Shown piece by piece: positions 55,543-64,000 of a stretch of 64,000 nucleotides of DNA. The notes below the pieces were generated by a model. It was not told the DNA's origin, made no database searches, and worked only from the letters and a program-made list of their open reading frames with translations. Location of the stretch: the NCBI GenBank assembly GCA_965203095.1, contig OZ241877.1, positions 544,001 through 608,000 on the forward strand, read 5' to 3'. This stretch comes from Bdellovibrionales bacterium. Lineage in GTDB: Bacteria > Bdellovibrionota > Bdellovibrionia > Bdellovibrionales > UBA1609. Position 1 is the first letter of the stretch; every line of letters starts with the position of its first letter. Position numbers and translations under genes: made by a program.

Positions 55543-56424
55543 TTGCTACCTAAAACCGATTCCCTTTATTTAGGGATTCTCTTTTTATTTTTGTTTTGCT
55601 CTTGTGGAGAGTCTCCCTCTGATGCTCGCCCTTTTTTTATGGCCAGCCGATCGGCTGATTCTTTTAAATCTCACCATAAAGATCCGAACAGAAAAAAAAC
55701 TTTAGATCAATCTCCTAAAATTTATCCTGGAAAAAAATGCTCTTCTCGCCCCTCTTGTGAGGCAATATGTGAAGAGCTATTCAGCTTAACACCCGATCGG
55801 GAAGATTGCTTGCAACTCCCTATTCAGCAGGTGTCCCAGTTTGAGAAGTTGTCTCAACTGGTTCTTTCAGAAGAATTGGTGGAATTGCAAAAAATCAATT
55901 TTTTTGACTTAAAAGTTTTGTTGAGTTTGAGCCAAGAACCTCTATTTCGATTTTTTAATTCTTTAAGCCCCTTTCCCACAAAAAAAATCTTATATTGGAT
56001 TTTTAGTGATTGGCGGGTAGCTCAAGTGTTTAGAGAAGAGGATAAAGATTTCCTGTTTTTAGAGATTTTTTTAAAAAAGGTGCATTTTTCTCCGATAGAT
56101 TCTTTAGGAGAAGAGGCTGAAAAAGGCCGGACTTTTGTCGAGGTCGCTTGGTTAAAACAAAATGATCCTGCCCTTTTTTGGTTAAATGATTATTTTAAAA
56201 ATAAGGAGTGTGCTCATTTAGAAAAGGAAGAGAGGGAATTTTGTGTTTTTTCTCAATATTGCCTTTTGAGCCAAAAGTTTCAAGATGATGTGGCGGAGGA
56301 GTTTATGGAATTTAAAAATATAGAACCCATTTTAAATAGCATGCCCCATCTGCCACAGTCCAATTTAAAAAGCTTTTGTTTGGCTTTTTGCTCTAATGAA
56401 AAAGGCCAGAATTACTGTTCATAA
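55543..56424 (+). CDS. Cys-rich lipoprotein, paralog 1
   Basis: Lipobox FCSC; C-x5-C-x3-C motif. Confidence 0.65.
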   Translation: MLPKTDSLYLGILFLFLFCSCGESPSDARPFFMASRSADSFKSHHKDPNRKKTLDQSPKIYPGKKCSSRPSCEAICEELFSLTPDREDCLQLPIQQVSQFEKLSQLVLSEELVELQKINFFDLKVLLSLSQEPLFRFFNSLSPFPTKKILYWIFSDWRVAQVFREEDKDFLFLEIFLKKVHFSPIDSLGEEAEKGRTFVEVAWLKQNDPALFWLNDYFKNKECAHLEKEEREFCVFSQYCLLSQKFQDDVAEEFMEFKNIEPILNSMPHLPQSNLKSFCLAFCSNEKGQNYCS

Positions 56425-56493
56425 TTTTTTTTGAGTGATTTTTTTGTTATACTGTCTCTGTTGGGGTTTGAAAAATTGAAGATGAGGAGGTGA

Positions 56494-57597
56494 TTGTTCC
56501 TGGGCCTTCCCCATTATGGAGGGGAGTTTGTGAAAAATCATAATATGAAATTTTTAAGCTATTTGTTTTTTTTATTTTTTTTGCTATCTTGCGGAAATAT
56601 GGCCGGCAAGGTAGGAGGCCAAAGAGATGCTCGAAAGGGGGACTCCCGTGGAGATTTTAATGATGAAGAGAGCCGTTCCCGCGAACTGAATCGTTTAAGA
56701 GGATCTGGCAAGCAAGTCATTGAGGCGGAATTGGAATCCCGATTTGATGGAGGATACCATTATGAGGGATATGGCGGAGAGGAATGCCGGAGAAGTGACG
56801 CCTGTATGGCTATTTGTGACGGTGGCTTAATTCCCAATAATACTCAAAAAAGATGTTATCGATCTCCTAAAAATCTGGTTGAAGATTTGGAAGAAGGTTT
56901 TTTTAATCTTCTTAATATTTCTGAAGTGGATTCTGTAAATATCAGCCCAGGGCTACTGGCAGGAATGTTAGATATGAATTTAAATATGGTGGCCGATCTT
57001 GTGGAAGATCGCATGAGTGAGGGGGACTTAAAAAGCTTTTTGGCTTGGGTGGCAGTTAATGAGAGTATAGCTTATGTTTTTTTAGAAGAAGACAAACGAT
57101 CTAAAATAATGGAAAAAGCTTTTAAAGAGTTAGGAGAACATCAGGAAGAGGCTAATAAAAAAAGAGAGACAGGTTTAAACTTGGGCTTAATACATAAAGA
57201 GGATAGCTTTTTTTATCTTTCTGCCGTGAAGGACAACGCTTACGGTTTTCAAATTGCTTACGAAGTTTTGGAATCGGCTTGCTCCTCAAAAAACTGCAAA
57301 ATTGATTTGTTATGTGCCAGAGAGACTTTAACAGGAAGACGATATCGAAATCTTGGTTATGGTGCTACAGAATTTACATGCAGAACATCTGCTGAGAGAA
57401 GAAGACGGAGTCGCCCTACAAGAGATTCTATTTGTTATATCCATGGAGCCGCTGTTTGGAGCTATTTGACTGAGCTGATTGATGAAAGAAAAATCCGCGA
57501 CAAGGACTTCAAAGGAGAAAACAACGCCATCACTGTTCAAACTTGCAACAATTATTGTGGCAGTAGAGACAGTGACAAATGTAAAAGAATATTTTAA
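56494..57597 (+). CDS. Cys-rich lipoprotein, paralog 2
   Basis: Lipobox LLSC; CRRSDACMAIC; true start likely GTG 56530 or ATG 56545. Confidence 0.65.
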   Translation: MFLGLPHYGGEFVKNHNMKFLSYLFFLFFLLSCGNMAGKVGGQRDARKGDSRGDFNDEESRSRELNRLRGSGKQVIEAELESRFDGGYHYEGYGGEECRRSDACMAICDGGLIPNNTQKRCYRSPKNLVEDLEEGFFNLLNISEVDSVNISPGLLAGMLDMNLNMVADLVEDRMSEGDLKSFLAWVAVNESIAYVFLEEDKRSKIMEKAFKELGEHQEEANKKRETGLNLGLIHKEDSFFYLSAVKDNAYGFQIAYEVLESACSSKNCKIDLLCARETLTGRRYRNLGYGATEFTCRTSAERRRRSRPTRDSICYIHGAAVWSYLTELIDERKIRDKDFKGENNAITVQTCNNYCGSRDSDKCKRIF

Positions 57598-57608
57598 AGG
57601 AGGTCATT

Positions 57609-58457
57609 ATGAAACACATAATAAAAATTTTTTGGCTATCGGGTTTCCTTATTTTATCGTCTTGTATTTTTGGAGGGGACAACTCCAGCAGTGGCCTGAT
57701 CACTTTAGCTTCAGAAAGTGAGACAGAAGACAGCAATAGGAAAAATGAAAGAAGCCTGTCTGCCAGAAGGGGAAGGTGTGAAGATAATAGAGAATGTGTA
57801 AATATATGTGAGGATATTTACGAAGAGGATTACCCTGACGATGAGGACGAAGATGGAGAGGAGAGAGTAAACACCTGTATTGAATCAGGATATAATATAG
57901 TAGCTGATCATTTTGAGAGAATATATGAAATTTTAGACAGCCCATCTTCTTCTGGTTTGAGGAATATTGAAGTAAAAGCTTTTGATGAATTTTTAGAGAT
58001 CTCTGTTAAGCCTTGGATAGAGCTAATGAAAAAAGCCAGCAAAAGTGAAGCTAAGGCCGTTTTGGCTTGGATAGCTAAAGATACAAAAGTCAGCTCAGCC
58101 ATTGAGGATGCTTACAAAGACAGTTATGAAAATGTGGATAAATATGAAGGAGTGGCCGAATTATTTGCAGAGTTAGAAGGTGGCTCCGGAAATAATTGTT
58201 CTAAATTTTGCAGTCGTGTGAGTGGGGTAAATATTTTAGGAAAGTTTAGTTTTTGGGCATTATTAGAACCTCGGCAAGTGACTAATCAAATCACTACAAA
58301 AAACCCTCAAGCTTTAGATATTGTTTGTGAGCTTTTTAAAGAGGAGTGCACGACGCCTACTCAGAGAGACCCTGATAACGGTGAGGCGACTTGTGGAACC
58401 ACAGGTGGAGGAGACAACGAGATCTCTGATATATGTGAAATTTATTCAAGTAATTAA
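57609..58457 (+). CDS. Cys-rich lipoprotein, paralog 3
   Basis: Lipobox LSSC; CEDNRECVNIC; SD AAGGAGG. Confidence 0.7.
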   Translation: MKHIIKIFWLSGFLILSSCIFGGDNSSSGLITLASESETEDSNRKNERSLSARRGRCEDNRECVNICEDIYEEDYPDDEDEDGEERVNTCIESGYNIVADHFERIYEILDSPSSSGLRNIEVKAFDEFLEISVKPWIELMKKASKSEAKAVLAWIAKDTKVSSAIEDAYKDSYENVDKYEGVAELFAELEGGSGNNCSKFCSRVSGVNILGKFSFWALLEPRQVTNQITTKNPQALDIVCELFKEECTTPTQRDPDNGEATCGTTGGGDNEISDICEIYSSN

Positions 58458-58591
58458 TTGCCCGTGAAAAAGTCTACATTTAATGGATCGCATAAGCAAA
58501 AGTCCAGCTTGTTCGGGACGGGAATACCTTGGACCCTCACCGCTGGATTTTGCTTATGCAATAAAGGACAGAGGGTTTTCACAGAGGACTA
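58455..58591. mobile_element. MITE-like element of the 45182 family
   Basis: Ends TAATTGCCCGTGAAAAA / GTTTTCACAGAGGACTA; internal hairpin whose loop is the reverse complement of the loop at 45250/52300. Confidence 0.65.
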
Positions 58592-58705
58592 TGCAGTGAA
58601 TGATTTTAATAAGCCGGCCATGAAAACCTGGATAAAAAGCCTATTCTTTAGTTTTTGTTCTAAAAGCCATTACAAAAAATAAAAACTTAAACAGGAGGGA
58701 TTAAA

Positions 58706-58891
58706 ATGAATTATTTTTATGGGCTGGGTTTTTTTATGTTTTTAGGCGGAATTTTGTTGGGAGGAATTTACTTTGTTCAATGGAAGTTTGGGCCATACAA
58801 TGACATGGCTATGTCTTTATTTTTCGCCGGTTATAATGTGTTTTTGGTATTGCTCTGCATTTCAATTTCAGTAATAGCTAATCGCCCGTAA
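58706..58891 (+). CDS. Small two-TM membrane protein
   Basis: SD AGGAGGG; two hydrophobic helices. Confidence 0.55.
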   Translation: MNYFYGLGFFMFLGGILLGGIYFVQWKFGPYNDMAMSLFFAGYNVFLVLLCISISVIANRP

Positions 58892-58956
58892 AAAGCCTTC
58901 AGTCTTTTTAAGCTCCTCTTCTTGCCCTTAACAAATTTTCGGCTTACCCCCACCCT

Positions 58957-59348
58957 GTTTTTGGCAATGGGCCACAGTGCGACTGAGGGAATATATCGTC
59001 AAGGGCTTTCTTTTAGACGATGAAAGGCTTAAAAACCCCCACCAAGCCTTTGATTATTTTGAAGAGCTACTTCATCGCATTCAGGACATTAGAACTTCCG
59101 AACGGCGATTTTATCAAAAAATCACTGATATTTACGCCACCAGTGCCGATTATGACCCCACGGAAAAGATAAGACTTACTTTCTTCAAGACTGTTCAAAA
59201 CAAACTGCATTGGGCTATCACCGGCTGGACTGCGGCTGAAATTGTCCATCAGAGGGTCGACAGCAAAAAAGACAATATGGGCCTCACAAGTTGGCGGGGT
59301 GAAAAAGTCCGAAAGGCGGATGTGGGCATTGCAAAAAACTTTTTGTGA
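58957..59348 (+). pseudogene. RhuM-family fragment (central/C-terminal part)
   Basis: LREYIVKGFLLDDERLK..DYFEELL.RI.DIR.SERRFYQKITDIYA..VQNKLHWA..KNFL; truncated at both ends. Confidence 0.85.
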
Positions 59349-59417
59349 AAAATTTACAATAAGCACTTTATTTCATTTGACATAATGATTAAAGAATTTT
59401 AATAGTAGCTCAGGATT

Positions 59418-60401
59418 ATGAGGTTTTTAACTTTTTTTCTGACTTTGTTTTTTTCTTTCAAAGCCATTGGAACTATGCTCCATGAATCAACCACTATACC
59501 TCCTCTTTATGAGGCTGTCAAAAAATCAGATTATGACAACTATTCAAAAGAGATGGAGCGGTTGTTAAATGGCCCTGTAGAGGATTTTATAACAGCCCTT
59601 GCCTTTGTAAATGGAAAAGGCGATAGCATCCTTCATCTAATCATCGAGGCTCAAAAAAACCAAAAACAATTTGCTCAAGAATTGGCTTCCTTACTTCTTT
59701 TAATGACTGGTCAAAAATTTAGTCTTTACTTGGCCTCATTCCAACTGGGAGGCCGGTGGATAAACATTCCTAAGATGGAAGAAACAGCCCTTGGCCAGGC
59801 CATTTTGTTTAAAAAAAAGGAAGAGATAAAAAAGCTAGTTCATAACCTATTAAAAGGCCCTACCATAGATATCATTCGCAATTTTTACAGCTCATCATTC
59901 ATTATGAAGAAAAATAGAAAAACTGTGCTGGAATATATCAGTAAAAACTATTTGTCCCAATTAGATCCTCAACTTTACAAGGATCAATACAACAATCCCT
60001 CGGCCAAGGGATGGCCTGAACCCAAAACTTTAAAACTTTCTGGGCTCCTTCGGCTGGCCCAATCAGTGGATAATCTGCCGGCCTACTTTGCCTTGAAACA
60101 ATTAAAAAATGAACAAAAAAACTGGGAGAACCCCTTTTCTGTTCTAAGCCATTCACTCGTTTTTGTTTCTACATTTGTTATAGTAGGTCTGACAAAAGCA
60201 GGCACCAAAAAATTTACAGACTATAACTGGCCCACTGTTGTGGAACATTTTTTTCCATCTCTTGTTTCTTTTGATAGTTTATTTACAGAACATGCTATAC
60301 AAATCTTACTATCTTCCTCAGTTGCTACTGCCTTGAGTTTATGTCATAGTTCTTTTAAGAAAAAGAGAGGGCGAGAGAAAAGAACATTAGCGAACCAATA
60401 A
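59418..60401 (+). CDS. Exported hypothetical protein with ankyrin-like segments and C-terminal hydrophobic helices
   Basis: Signal peptide; PLYEAV, GDSILHL, TALGQAI resemble degenerate ankyrin repeats. Confidence 0.55.
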   Translation: MRFLTFFLTLFFSFKAIGTMLHESTTIPPLYEAVKKSDYDNYSKEMERLLNGPVEDFITALAFVNGKGDSILHLIIEAQKNQKQFAQELASLLLLMTGQKFSLYLASFQLGGRWINIPKMEETALGQAILFKKKEEIKKLVHNLLKGPTIDIIRNFYSSSFIMKKNRKTVLEYISKNYLSQLDPQLYKDQYNNPSAKGWPEPKTLKLSGLLRLAQSVDNLPAYFALKQLKNEQKNWENPFSVLSHSLVFVSTFVIVGLTKAGTKKFTDYNWPTVVEHFFPSLVSFDSLFTEHAIQILLSSSVATALSLCHSSFKKKRGREKRTLANQ

Positions 60402-60873
60402 ATAGCCCCTCCAAAAAAAGTTTGTTTTTTAAATCAGAAATCCATATCTGAAAAAATCTATTTTTAAAGATCACATAAGCAAAACTCCCGGCTTTTGTTT
60501 GGAACAGGAAAATTTGCCTAAAAATCCCTATTCCGGCAGATTTTTTAGAGTATTTTATAAAATTAATGAGGCAACAGAAGAAGACAGAAATGTCTGGCAG
60601 ATCCTTTTTTTTGTTGATGAGGATCATAAAGTTTCAAAAATTGTTGTCCATAAAAACTGTTGCTATTAAATGTATGGTTGCAGGATATGAGGGCATTTGT
60701 GAGGGTTTTTGGTATGAGGGAAAAAATAAGATCAATCCTGACCACAAACCAGCTCTATGTCCTCTATTCGGAAATGGAAGATGAGGACTTTAAAGTAAGC
60801 CAAGAGGACAAACATTTAAACCAACTTTTTTATACAGAGAATTGAAACTGTCCAGAAAACTCTGAACTTGTTA

Positions 60874-61041
60874 TTATGACTTGTTTTTAAGTTTCTTGAT
60901 TTCTCGAATAGGCAGACCCGTCACTTTAGAGATGAAAGAAAAATCAGCTTTTTCCTTCAACATATTCAAAATAAGCTCTTTATCTCTTTCCAGCCGACCT
61001 TCCCACCGGCCTTCCCACCGAATTTCCTCTTTTATGTCCAT
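60874..61041 (-). CDS. Orphan Rpn C-terminal domain (Rpn-S-like, 55 aa)
   Basis: Highly similar to last 56 aa of Rpn 26665-27642; SD AAAGGAGG-CTAT-ATG. Confidence 0.75.
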   Translation of the reverse strand: MDIKEEIRWEGRWEGRLERDKELILNMLKEKADFSFISKVTGLPIREIKKLKNKS

Positions 61042-61142
61042 ATAGCCTCCTTTCTTTAATAAAACTTTCTTAATAGCTTCTTTCTCCAACCTAAAAATAG
61101 TATAGAATGCTTTTTGTGGAAAAGCAAGCTTGTGAATAGTGC

Positions 61143-61211
61143 TATACTGATTTTATTTGAAAATTCCTGCTTTCTGAACTCTGTTTTGACCGGAAATTTC
61201 AACTGTGATCA
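61143..61211. mobile_element. Copy of the 74-bp MITE
   Basis: TATACTGAT left end and shared core; right end degenerate. Confidence 0.75.
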
Positions 61212-61219
61212 ATTAAGCT

Positions 61220-61509
61220 ATGGCAGAGCTTTATCAAACCAGTATTCCCAATATCAACATTCATATCCAAAATATCTGTAATGAGGGGGAGTTAAGGCTG
61301 AAGGCAACTGTCAAGGAATTCTTGACAGTTCAAAAAGAAGGCTCAAGAACAGTAAAACGCTCTCAAGATTTTTACAATTTGGATATGATCCTCTTTGTGG
61401 GATGTCGCATCAAATCCCACACAGCGACCCGTTTTCGGCAATGGGCCACAGTGCGACTGAGGGAATATATCGTCAAAGGCTTTCTTTTAGACGATGAAAG
61501 GCTTAAAAA
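61220..61509 (+). pseudogene. RhuM-family fragment (N-terminal part)
   Basis: MAELYQTSIPNINIHI.NI..EGEL...YNLDMI..VG.RIKS..ATRFRQWAT; homology stops at DDERLK. Confidence 0.85.
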
Positions 61510-61526
61510 AACCTTAGCTTATTGCT

Positions 61527-61573
61527 ATATTTTTTATTGTATTCGTCAAAATGACGAGTATGATAAAAAATAT
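61527..61573. promoter_or_regulatory. AbiEi-type operator overlapping promoter
   Basis: 22-bp imperfect inverted repeats (19/22) with 3-bp spacer; TTGTAT-N16-TATGAT within. Confidence 0.75.
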
Positions 61574-62396
61574 GACAAGAAAAATCTCTATGTTAGGGCC
61601 AATGGAAATCCAGTTTTTTGCATGGATTCAACTGGAAAAAAAGAGGCATGTCCGGACCAGTGACCTTGTGAAAGCCATGAATCTTTCCACCAAGCAATCC
61701 GCAGATCTGCTTTATAATCTGTCTTCCAGTGGTTTTATTGTAAAACTCCAGAGAGGTTTTTATCTCGTGCCTCAGAAAATTCCCTCTGGTGGATGCTGGT
61801 CGCCATCTCCTTATTTAATTATCAATAAATATATGGAAAATGCGGGCACAAAAAAGTTTTATGTCAGCGGGCCAGCCATATTTAATCTATATGGGTATTC
61901 TGATCAAGTTTCCTCTTGGTTTACTGTGTATAACAATAAATTCTCCAAAAAGCTGTATATACTTCAGTATCATTTGGATTTTGTGAAGGTTGTTTCAAGC
62001 CGTCTGGGGATTGTGCGAAAAATCAAGTCCTATGACGATATGGGAGGAGTTATTTGGACAGCTTGCGGTTCTCCTGAGCAGACTTTACTTGATGCTGTTT
62101 ATGATTATAAAAAATACGGAACTTTGCCCAAAGCTTATGACTGGATATCCAACGCCTTGAAAGACAAAAAAATCAATCCGACAAAAATGGCCACTGCAAC
62201 GGTTAAATACGGCAACACAATAAGCCAAAAGCGGATTGGCTGGGTTTTAGACAAATTGGTCTCTGAAAAAAAGATTGTTAAGCCTTTGTGGGAAAAGGTA
62301 TCCAGATCAAATTTTTTAACAGCACTTGATCCAAAAAACAGAAGAGGCATTGTAAATAAAAAATGGGCTGTGATTGAAAATGTCAAATTTTCATAA
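61572..62396 (+). CDS. Type IV toxin-antitoxin antitoxin, AbiEi family
   Basis: N-terminal wHTH (L..L...G.IVKLQRGFY), YVSG.A.FNLYG..DQ, SPEQTLLD; frame open from 61551. Confidence 0.85.
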   Translation: MTRKISMLGPMEIQFFAWIQLEKKRHVRTSDLVKAMNLSTKQSADLLYNLSSSGFIVKLQRGFYLVPQKIPSGGCWSPSPYLIINKYMENAGTKKFYVSGPAIFNLYGYSDQVSSWFTVYNNKFSKKLYILQYHLDFVKVVSSRLGIVRKIKSYDDMGGVIWTACGSPEQTLLDAVYDYKKYGTLPKAYDWISNALKDKKINPTKMATATVKYGNTISQKRIGWVLDKLVSEKKIVKPLWEKVSRSNFLTALDPKNRRGIVNKKWAVIENVKFS

Positions 62397-63255
62397 ACAA
62401 AAAGAAAAATTTTTAAGAGCTGTCAGAGCAACTGCTGGTATTACCGGATTTTCAGAGGAATTGATAGAAAAAGATTATTATTGCTCTCTTATTCTTAAAG
62501 AGATTTTTCAATCAAGGAACTATATATTGGTTTTTAAAGGTGGGACTCTTCTTAATAAGGCTCATGTTGGATTTTATAGATTAAGCGAAGATTTAGATTT
62601 TTCCATTTCAGCTGAAAGGGGACTTTCCAGAAAAAAAAGAAGTGTTTTAGCCCAAATTGCTAAAAAATCTATAGTTTTAGCTGTTGAAAGTTTATCTTTA
62701 GTTTTTTTAAAACCATTTGAAGGGCGAAACGAAAACCGTTTGTATATTGCTGAAGTGGAATATAACTCTTTAATTTCTGAAAACAAAAAAACAATTAAAG
62801 TCGAGTTTGGAGTTCAGGAAAAAGTATGGGAAAGAGAGAGTTTAATGGCAAAAACTCTCCTTGTGGATTCTATTGTGCAAAAGCCAATTGTTCCGAAATT
62901 TCTTATAACCGGCTTAAGTCTTAAAGAAGCTTATAGTGAAAAAATCAGAGCGGCACTGTCCCGGGAAAAACCAGCCATAAGGGACATTTTTGATATTCAT
63001 TATGCTTTAAAAAAGCGTCTTATAGAAACTAAAGGGTTTATCAAAATTCATGACATTTCCCCGATGGTTAAATACAAATTGAAGGTTTTAAACCGGAAAA
63101 TAGACTTATCTTCCAAGAGAAAAAAGGAATTTTTAGGTCAGCTACAAACAGATTTAAAACCGGTTTTACGTCGGAAAGACTTTGAAGATTTTGATTTTGA
63201 TCAGGCATGGAACTGGTTGAAAAAACTTGAACATGCTATATCCATGTCGTTATAA
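62374..63255 (+). CDS. Nucleotidyltransferase toxin, AbiEii family
   Basis: IEKDY, FKGGT, RLSEDLDF, EKIRA, RDIFD; ATG 62380 is the likelier start. Confidence 0.9.
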   Translation: MKMSNFHKQKEKFLRAVRATAGITGFSEELIEKDYYCSLILKEIFQSRNYILVFKGGTLLNKAHVGFYRLSEDLDFSISAERGLSRKKRSVLAQIAKKSIVLAVESLSLVFLKPFEGRNENRLYIAEVEYNSLISENKKTIKVEFGVQEKVWERESLMAKTLLVDSIVQKPIVPKFLITGLSLKEAYSEKIRAALSREKPAIRDIFDIHYALKKRLIETKGFIKIHDISPMVKYKLKVLNRKIDLSSKRKKEFLGQLQTDLKPVLRRKDFEDFDFDQAWNWLKKLEHAISMSL

Positions 63256-63374
63256 TATACTATTAATGGATGAGTTTTTCAGGTTTTGTTTTCATTTATG
63301 GAGTATAAAAGACAAGATAATTTATATCAAAAAAAGGTTGATAGGATTTGGTAATGAGATTAAATTGATATTAG

Positions 63375-63944
63375 ATGCCACTTTTAGGAGGTCAATCTAA
63401 GAACATGAACCAAACTATTCTTATTTTATTTGGATTTACATTCATTATAAGTTGTTCTAGTTTAGATCATCAAACGAGTTCAGGAGATAAAGAAGCTTCA
63501 TGTATTACATTGAAACCTCATTTCAGTTGTCCTTTAGAACCATTAAAAGATATAGGAATATTTGTCCGTCAGTTCGAACGAATAAAACATAAATACGAAC
63601 TATCTTTAATTGACGGTTCTACATATAATTTAATTTCAAAATTGCAAGTCCTGTATAAAGAATTAAACCAACAGGCAGAAGTTTTTGATTATAATTTGCA
63701 AATCATAACCGCCAAGGTTGATAACTATAATAATATATGGGCACGAAATCCTAGGGAAGGAAATTGGCTTAGAATCAAAATAATAGAATATCAGAACTAT
63801 GCCCCAAGATTTAAAGATATGAAACATAACCTATCAATGCTCATTGAAAAACTAAAAGCTATTAAAAAGCACTCAAACAAATGGAAATCCCAAAAAGAAA
63901 AAGGAGACAAAACATTAAAGGCATTAAAAGTTTATAGTATTTAA
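63375..63944 (+). CDS. Lipoprotein-like hypothetical protein
   Basis: Lipobox IISC after ATG 63405 (AGGAGG upstream); coiled coil; low GC. Confidence 0.55.
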   Translation: MPLLGGQSKNMNQTILILFGFTFIISCSSLDHQTSSGDKEASCITLKPHFSCPLEPLKDIGIFVRQFERIKHKYELSLIDGSTYNLISKLQVLYKELNQQAEVFDYNLQIITAKVDNYNNIWARNPREGNWLRIKIIEYQNYAPRFKDMKHNLSMLIEKLKAIKKHSNKWKSQKEKGDKTLKALKVYSI

Positions 63945-64000
63945 TTAAGATATAGCAAAGCTTTGTGCCTCCTTGGTTAAAGAGGATTTTTGCCAAAAAC

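Noticed and set aside
60355..60845. Several overlapping 60-90 aa ORFs
   Set aside because: No recognisable motifs or consistent RBS; may be decayed sequence.
61510..61663. C-terminal 50 aa of ORF 61220-61663
   Set aside because: Read-through into the AbiE promoter after RhuM homology ends.

Overview
AT-rich bacterial chromosome segment whose gene content (homodimeric GlyRS, GshA, split tad/flp genes, FliA-type promoters, Cys-rich lipoprotein paralogs) suggests a Bdellovibrionota-like organism; this taxonomy is inference. Housekeeping genes (gshA, tig, tRNA-Val, glyQS, tRNA-fMet, leuS, ggt, bioB, ftsB-like, rsmJ, mutS) alternate with accessory blocks: a Flp pilin locus (4.6-7.1 kb), a tyrosine recombinase / type IV pilin / defence island (13.8-28.4 kb; Type ISP RM, Rad50/RloC-like ATPase, Rpn nuclease), an RND-TolC-glycosyltransferase block, secreted repeat proteins beside cpaC/cpaF, and a decayed RhuM / orphan Rpn-small / AbiE block. 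Two candidate DNA switches acting on pilins stand out. (1) An expressed flp gene and a start-less second flp cassette face each other and share a perfect 61-bp inverted repeat (6362-6422 / 6962-7022), so inversion would swap the variable pilin C-terminus. (2) A ~350-bp segment (15180-15529) bounded by 23-bp imperfect inverted repeats carries a sigma70-like promoter that currently points away from a type IV pilin gene, just downstream of a tyrosine recombinase; a second copy of the flanking DNA at 27.76-27.92 kb shows the opposite orientation. Several REP/MITE families are dispersed through the window. No CRISPR array or rRNA was seen. All calls are by eye from motifs; no database searches were run.
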